Of a stretch of DNA of 57,008 bases, positions 51,343 through 57,008 are shown piece after piece. Position 1 is the first letter of the stretch. Each line of letters starts with the position of its first letter. The position numbers were made by a program, and so were the translations under genes. Origin of the DNA: Coleofasciculus sp. B1-GNL1-01 (lineage in GTDB: Bacteria > Cyanobacteriota > Cyanobacteriia > Cyanobacteriales > Coleofasciculaceae); assembly GCA_040220235.1 (NCBI GenBank), contig JAVJTO010000035.1; one strand, given 5' to 3'. The notes below the pieces were generated by a model, which was given only the letters and a program-made list of their open reading frames with translations, was not told where the DNA came from and did no database searches.

Positions 51343-52467
51343 TTATTCTAAGGTACGCATCTCGATAATATCTTCTTCGGTAAATACAGGAGTTTTCGGT
51401 TTTATAGGAGAATACTTAACGAGATCTGTTGCTAGCTGAGTAAGATTTGCATTAGCCAAGCAGCAATACTCTAAAGCATCTGTTGCAAGTTTGCTCTCCT
51501 CAGCATCTTTTTGTACTGCTGCCAACCATTCATCAAAACTGGAAAAGTAAATACCTTTAGAGCGCTTTGCAGAAATATTACCAGGATTAGCTGGTAACGG
51601 AAGTGCAATAGATGGGAGACATTTGTCATCACCAAGGTGGCTAAGTTTCTGAACTAAAAATGATCTAGTACTTGCTTGTTCAAGTGGAACAGAATGTACA
51701 ACTAAATCTCTGTACTCACCTAGCTTGGCTAGCCAGCCATCTTCTGAGTCTGGATCTGTTGCTTCATACAAATTTTTAGCCAAAACGTCATACTCATGTT
51801 CTTTTTTCAGGATTTTCTTCCTTAGCGCACCCATCGTAGATACTTGTTCATTCCCATACTTTTGATGAAATACATAAAGTCGCATAAACTCAGCTAGATA
51901 GTCTCTTAGAGAGCAAGACTCAACTAAAAAAGAATGTACGGCTAGATAAATATTAAATGAATTTAAAGTCTTAAATCTTTTTCCAACTTCAAAGGTATTT
52001 TGATTGCACAAACCTAAAAGCTCTTTATAGTAGCTCTCTGACAAGTCACGTAACCGTAATTCACATGCATTTAGCTCAAAACTGATTCTTCCGGTAATAT
52101 CTGCAAGGCAGTAATTCTGCTGTCTATAGGCGTAAAAACTTATGTTGTTCCAAGCTCTAACTGGATCATTCAGTGGCTCACTTGTACTCATAATACGGCT
52201 GAATGAATACCATTCGGGAGGATAAATTCCTAAAATCTCTTGAGAACTTGTATAAAAATCAATGCCTATTAACTCTAGCTTTAACTCTCTCAGTTTAGCA
52301 ATAAAGTCATGATAACTAGAAATGTTAAATCTTTCATGTTTTTTGTTTGAGATGATATTCGGAACAATTACAGCAACTCTTGAGCCAGACTTATTGATAG
52401 CTCTCAAACCACCTAGCAAGTGAGCTTCACGAGCTACATTGATCAAGTTATCCACAGATCCTACCAA
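51343..52467 (-). CDS. Hypothetical protein (AT-rich)
   Basis: 374-aa ORF; YRDLVVH resembles the HEPN R-x4-H motif (weak). Confidence 0.65.
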   Translation of the reverse strand: MVGSVDNLINVAREAHLLGGLRAINKSGSRVAVIVPNIISNKKHERFNISSYHDFIAKLRELKLELIGIDFYTSSQEILGIYPPEWYSFSRIMSTSEPLNDPVRAWNNISFYAYRQQNYCLADITGRISFELNACELRLRDLSESYYKELLGLCNQNTFEVGKRFKTLNSFNIYLAVHSFLVESCSLRDYLAEFMRLYVFHQKYGNEQVSTMGALRKKILKKEHEYDVLAKNLYEATDPDSEDGWLAKLGEYRDLVVHSVPLEQASTRSFLVQKLSHLGDDKCLPSIALPLPANPGNISAKRSKGIYFSSFDEWLAAVQKDAEESKLATDALEYCCLANANLTQLATDLVKYSPIKPKTPVFTEEDIIEMRTLE

Positions 52468-52589
52468 ATATTTGGAACTCCTATTACACTTGTAATTAAT
52501 TATAATACATATAATACATTGTGGTGAGCTTCACAGACTGCACCTCAATACTGAAACATTTTAGGAATTTTTCGAGATTTTAGGATAAC

Positions 52590-53018
52590 TCAGATGACTG
52601 GTGGCTGTTTTGGACTCAACTCAAATGCCATCTGTGATCCATAAAAGCAAACATCAAACTCCACCAAGAAATTCATGCGCCCTAACAGCAATGGCACATC
52701 ATTAGATTGACTCCACGCAAAAACTAAGCGCACCGGAGAGAAAGACCCTATTTTTGCAGATACCATCAAACCTCTTGCCTCGACAGGTGCTAAATTTCCA
52801 GCAAGTGTTACAGATGTCATCTGATCTTGCCAAACTGCTCCAAGGTGAACGCCAACACTATAGGGTAGGACATTGACACTAGCACCAGTATCCACTAAGC
52901 CTGTAACTTCTACAGAAGCATCGCCATGTGTAAGAGTAAGAGGCAAGAGTGGAACTAGATCGGTAATGCCACAAGTATCCTGTGTTTCTGTGAAGGGGAA
53001 ACGCTGCGAGTTAAGCAT
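52590..53018 (-). CDS. Retropepsin-like aspartyl protease
   Basis: LVDTGAS and LLGRMNF motifs. Confidence 0.8.
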   Translation of the reverse strand: MLNSQRFPFTETQDTCGITDLVPLLPLTLTHGDASVEVTGLVDTGASVNVLPYSVGVHLGAVWQDQMTSVTLAGNLAPVEARGLMVSAKIGSFSPVRLVFAWSQSNDVPLLLGRMNFLVEFDVCFYGSQMAFELSPKQPPVI

Positions 53019-53226
53019 TACTTGTTCCCTTATCCTCTTCTAGCAACTCAGCGAGTTTGTGGGCAGCTTCATGTGAATTATACGGAGACCAAACAGTATA
53101 GGTTGCTCCGGGTTGTAAAAGCGAATCTTCCTCCTTGGCTAGCTCAATGACTAAAAACTGCATAATCCTTAGTTTATCGGCGCGGGAGAGATTTTTTAGT
53201 GTCGGAAGAAGCTCTGTTACAGTCAT
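53011..53226 (-). CDS. Small protein coupled to the aspartyl protease gene
   Basis: MTVTELLPTLKNLSRADKLRIMQFL; overlaps the protease start. Confidence 0.65.
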   Translation of the reverse strand: MTVTELLPTLKNLSRADKLRIMQFLVIELAKEEDSLLQPGATYTVWSPYNSHEAAHKLAELLEEDKGTSNA

Positions 53227-53546
53227 ATTAGTTAAACCTAGCCTATTTATTCCAATTTTAACTTTGTCGGTCAACAGCATCCTGCGAGGAAACACGATCG
53301 CGTACAATTTCAAGATGCCATTCACCGAACAGGTATCTGCTCAGGTACAGCAATTATTAAATCCCAAAGTTGCTCAACATAATCAATTTGCTGCTCCTTG
53401 CTTAACTGCTCGAATCCAGGTGGAAGAGCTAAAGGATCAGAGATAGACATAGGTGACACAAACTAAGGGCTAGTCACCACCATAATAGCTTGGCAGACCG
53501 TCTACGGTGCGATTGGACAAGTTCCAGCATCTGAGACGCGATCGCA

Positions 53547-53690
53547 CTACAACCTTTGAAGCAGCTCATCATACTCTGCATGACTCCCAATCCAAAACCA
53601 GTAAATAGGGTCTTTCTCCAGTAAACCCAAAACTCGGTAGTTCAATCCAATACGAGCCGAGTAGATTGGTTGACGTTGACTAACCCGTTT
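53547..53690 (-). pseudogene. 3' remnant of a RelE/ParE-like toxin
   Basis: Hand translation QPIYSARIGLNYRVLG...YWFWIGSHAEYDELLQRL*, paralogous to 48589-48858; 5' part missing. Confidence 0.75.
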
Positions 53691-53911
53691 AAACCGAAGG
53701 CTGTTGTGATAACGATCAGATCGCCAGCCGCAATTTCCTGACGAACCATTTGGGCTAGCTTATCCCATTGCTCGTTGGTCGTGGATTCAAAACGAATTTT
53801 CCATGCGCGTTCATCTTCTAATTCGGCTAAAAGACGAGTAGCGATCGCATCTTGTTCTTCTTCTGGCAATTTCTCAAGCTGTGCAATAACGCGCTCAAGT
53901 AATTCAGTCAT
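53642..53911 (-). pseudogene. Antitoxin (paralog of 48855-49073) with altered 3' end
   Basis: MTELLERVI...QDAIA...EDERAW; reads out of frame into the toxin remnant. Confidence 0.65.
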
Positions 53912-54105
53912 CTTTCCTAACTGTAGATAGTCCTCTACAAAGCATCATAGCAGTACGCTGTAAACGTCTGGTTGAAAAGCTAACGACTGTGGCGCGATCG
54001 CAAGGGGGCTACAGATAAACTAGAGGTTAAGTTTCCTGTCGTTTTCCCAACCTACGACGATCAGCGATCGCACTGGCTTGTGTCCGGTATACCAATCGGT
54101 TAGGC

Positions 54106-54378
54106 TCAGTGCTTGTCGCCATTGCTTTCAATGTAGCGACGTAGAACAGTATTAATGAGTCTCTTGTATTCTATATCTTGGGCTTTGAACCAAGCTATTA
54201 CATCTGGGTCGATCTGAATCAGATGGCGTGCTTTATCTGCTGGAATTCGCCGTATCGCGCCCTCAAAGAATTCATCGGTCAACGGTGGGATGTCAGAATA
54301 ATCAATATCTTCATCAGACATTGATTCGAGTGTTTCCCAATTAGTACGTGAGGTATTGTTCAAATCGTTTTCGCTCAT
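54106..54378 (-). CDS. BrnA-like antitoxin (orphan)
   Basis: DIDYSDIPPL, IDPDVIAWFK, INTVLRRY. Confidence 0.8.
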   Translation of the reverse strand: MSENDLNNTSRTNWETLESMSDEDIDYSDIPPLTDEFFEGAIRRIPADKARHLIQIDPDVIAWFKAQDIEYKRLINTVLRRYIESNGDKH

Positions 54379-54414
54379 ATCGAGAGAGCCTTTCGTGCAA
54401 TGTCAAGATGCTAT

Positions 54415-55278
54415 TTATGAACAAGCATCCGATAACTTTTGATAAATCTCATTGTATACTGGATTGATTATTTTTTCTTTGTTTAAAGACATTAATATGT
54501 TTTCATTAAAATCTATAATAGAGATATTATCACCTTCTACTTGCAGGAGTTTAGATATAAGTTCATTTTCCCTAGATTCATCTAAAATTGTAGCTTCTTC
54601 ATCAAGTTCTTTTGGCAGCGATGGCTTAAATGAACTTCCAGATAAAAGTTCTTTTAAAGAAATATAAACTAATTGACACTCTATACTATATATTTTTTCA
54701 ACCATCCATTTTCGGAAAACAGCTTTCTTGAAGTGCCATGTATAACTTGCATCAATGTTATCAACTTTCTTGTCAAATCCTCTTGTTGACTCAACAATGA
54801 TATACTTATCTTCGTTTGTGCAAGCAAAAACATCAAACTCATGAGTATCTCTACCCAGTTCAGTTATATAAGTATTAGGAAATATAAATTTACAAGGTTT
54901 GATACTTCCAAGACAAACACAAATTAGTGCATTAAAAGCATTTTCATAATCAGCGTCATCTTCTTTTGTTATTAGGATTGTCAAAATTTCTAGTGCTTCA
55001 CTTGATAGGTCTTCAAGTATATATCCAATATTATTACCCTTCAAAATTATTTGTTGAGTTTCTTTGCACAACACAATATTGCTTATATCTGGCGTTGAAT
55101 ATTGTAAAAATATGATTGAAAAAATTTCATAAAACACGTCCACTTTCTGGATTTCAACTTTGTATGCAGAGTCAATTTTACCTAAATTAATTACACCTGT
55201 CGTGATTAAATTGTCAATTAACCTATCAAACTCAGTGTTTCTATGAACCGTAAAAGGAAAGCGTTGTTTGGCATTCAT
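54415..55278 (-). CDS. Hypothetical protein, possible PD-(D/E)xK nuclease fold
   Basis: HEFDVF...IIVES motif; ATGA-coupled to the upstream gene. Confidence 0.55.
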   Translation of the reverse strand: MNAKQRFPFTVHRNTEFDRLIDNLITTGVINLGKIDSAYKVEIQKVDVFYEIFSIIFLQYSTPDISNIVLCKETQQIILKGNNIGYILEDLSSEALEILTILITKEDDADYENAFNALICVCLGSIKPCKFIFPNTYITELGRDTHEFDVFACTNEDKYIIVESTRGFDKKVDNIDASYTWHFKKAVFRKWMVEKIYSIECQLVYISLKELLSGSSFKPSLPKELDEEATILDESRENELISKLLQVEGDNISIIDFNENILMSLNKEKIINPVYNEIYQKLSDACS

Positions 55279-55730
55279 AATTTAACTTCTTCACCAAATT
55301 GAGTATTCTCAAATTCTTTTGTACTGTACGCTAACTCTAATAATTTTTCCCGTTCTAGCTCTACTAATTGAAAAGTATATTGACTTATCTCATTTTTTTC
55401 ATTCTGACTTAACTCACCAAAATAAGGTGTATCTTTTAATTGAAATGTATAGTAAGTGTTACCATTGACACTGGTTTTTTTGCCAACTTCTACATAGCCA
55501 AAATTATCCAGTAAATTTATTGCTTCTTCTATATCATCTGAATAAGGTCCGTAGTAATAACTTTTATAAGTTGCTGTACTAAAATGTTTATTTCCTTTTC
55601 TGGATTGTATTATATCTAGCAAATAAACTAGTTTGACGAGTTTCGTTTTTGAATAGGCATAACCTCCCATTAACCGTAATACAAGAGCAATAATTTCAGC
55701 TATTCTTTTTATGTTTGACTGATTTTTCAT
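55275..55730 (-). CDS. Panacea/SocA (DUF4065)-like antitoxin
   Basis: TKLVKLVYLLD...YYYGPYS motif; probable start MKNQS. Confidence 0.75.
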   Translation of the reverse strand: MKNQSNIKRIAEIIALVLRLMGGYAYSKTKLVKLVYLLDIIQSRKGNKHFSTATYKSYYYGPYSDDIEEAINLLDNFGYVEVGKKTSVNGNTYYTFQLKDTPYFGELSQNEKNEISQYTFQLVELEREKLLELAYSTKEFENTQFGEEVKL

Positions 55731-55813
55731 TTTTACTATTTCCTTGTAAAGTGATACAGATAAAGTAGGCGTTAGGTTTCCCAGCATTTTCCTAACCTAC
55801 AGGGATAAGCCAA

Positions 55814-56212
55814 CTAAACAATTGCATGATCAGCAAGATTAGAGAGGTTATTATCAAGGCTGAACTCAACTTGGAAATCTGTAGCTTTAACCTTGGGAAT
55901 AACTTTGCCTTTATCTTTGAATAGCTCAACTATTCCATATCTTTCTAAAGTTTTTAGTGTTCTAGACAGGTTAGACTTCTTTCGATGGGTTAGCTCTTCA
56001 AGCTCTGAAATAGAACGTGGCTCATGATCAATGATTATTCTCAGCAAGTCTTGATTTTCATTACTCAAGACTTGAGCTAGTGATTTCATCGATTCAAACC
56101 ATACTTTAGGTTCATCGTCTTGCGGTTTGTATTGCCCCTTGGCAATCGCTATAGTTCTTTTTATGTAATCTTCTTTAGAGATAATACCTATTTTCATAAC
56201 TTTATTTTCCAT
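55814..56212 (-). CDS. HTH transcriptional regulator/antitoxin (HVO_A0114-like)
   Basis: WFESMKSLAQVLS, PRSISEL..RKKSNLSRTLKTL. Confidence 0.75.
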   Translation of the reverse strand: MENKVMKIGIISKEDYIKRTIAIAKGQYKPQDDEPKVWFESMKSLAQVLSNENQDLLRIIIDHEPRSISELEELTHRKKSNLSRTLKTLERYGIVELFKDKGKVIPKVKATDFQVEFSLDNNLSNLADHAIV

Positions 56213-56754
56213 GGGGAATATTTACCCATCTAGGTCAAGTAAGGTTTCAAGTCCGTAGTCCCTATCTTCTTGGCTCAAAATATACTTGTCTTTATATTCC
56301 GTAGAGATAGTTATCATCAGATCATAACTTGATTATATCTCCTTTGTCAATCAACATCTGTGAAAGGGAAACGCTGCCAGTTCGTGCTACAGTCTGATTG
56401 AACAAGTCCAGAGGTGGAAAAACCTAATCAAGTGGAATGATATCGCCAGCCACAATTTCCTGACGAACCATTTGGGCTAGCTTATCCCATTGCTCGTTAG
56501 TAGTGGATTTGAAACGAACGGGAGCATGTCAGGGAAAGCACGCAATATTCCAGCTAACCGGATAAGTTGGGTTTCGTTCCAAGGGCGCAACCTACTTGCG
56601 TTGACATGCACCCAACTTAAATGGCACGCTCAGATGAGGCTGGTGGGCAATGCCCACCCTACGGTAGATCAAGGGTTTCGGTGATACCCAAATGCTTAAA
56701 CCGTTCGGCATTTAAACCTTAATATTAATCATGGCGAAATCCTTGCCGTAGTGC

Positions 56755-56856
56755 GAGCATCTTGCTCGCTACATTGAGCATCTTGCTCGCTACATTGAGC
56801 ATCTTGCTCGCTACATTGAGCATCTTGCTCGCTACATTGAGCATCTTGCTCGCTAC
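56755..56856. repeat. 21-bp tandem repeat x5 (GAGCATCTTGCTCGCTACATT)
   Basis: Head-to-tail identical units with an internal palindrome GAGCA-TCT-TGCTC; no spacers. Confidence 0.92.
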
Positions 56857-57008
56857 TCATACCCAATTTATATCGAATCCGGTTGATTGCACATGGTATG
56901 ATAGTCCACAGGTGCAATTATCGCTGGTGGTTATGCCAAAACGGATTACGATTGCCCCCCACTTAAGCTTGGAAGAGCTAGAAAGAGGTTATCGTCAAAC
57001 AACTCAGG

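Noticed and set aside
56755..56856. CRISPR array or SEQDAQC-repeat protein
   Set aside because: Identical tandem 21-mers without spacers; the ORF is a by-product of the repeat

Overview
Cyanobacterial chromosomal DNA (many HIP1 octamers GCGATCGC, heptamer tandem repeats, REP-like palindromes). Left to right: (1) a RiPP/bacteriocin cluster at 0.4-11.3 kb: LuxR-TPR regulator, C39-peptidase ABC exporter, HlyD, PpiC, a double-glycine precursor and a HopA1-like lyase/APH-like kinase pair. (2) An AT-rich block of secreted and repeat proteins at 12-26 kb (GerMN, ankyrin, LRR, FG-GAP, TPR-CHAT). (3) Housekeeping-like genes: EF-G paralog, SPFH, C-terminal protease, ABC-2 pair. (4) The main finding, a minus-strand locus at 33.7-37.5 kb. 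It holds a Ro60/TROVE-like vWA protein, an L7/L12 paralog and a small C-terminal-Gly protein, interleaved with six unannotated RNA cassettes. The cassettes share one base-paired scaffold, but each carries a different tRNA-derived cargo: a bare anticodon arm, two normal-order tRNA mimics and three circularly permuted tRNA mimics. (5) Two GNATs with the same upstream direct-repeat motif as that locus. (6) An Ssp-like phosphorothioation module with no PAPS-reductase gene, flanked by a ~250-bp direct repeat that starts at HIP1. (7) hcp inside a region of intact and broken toxin-antitoxin modules. All calls come from reading the sequence by eye; no searches or folding programs were run.
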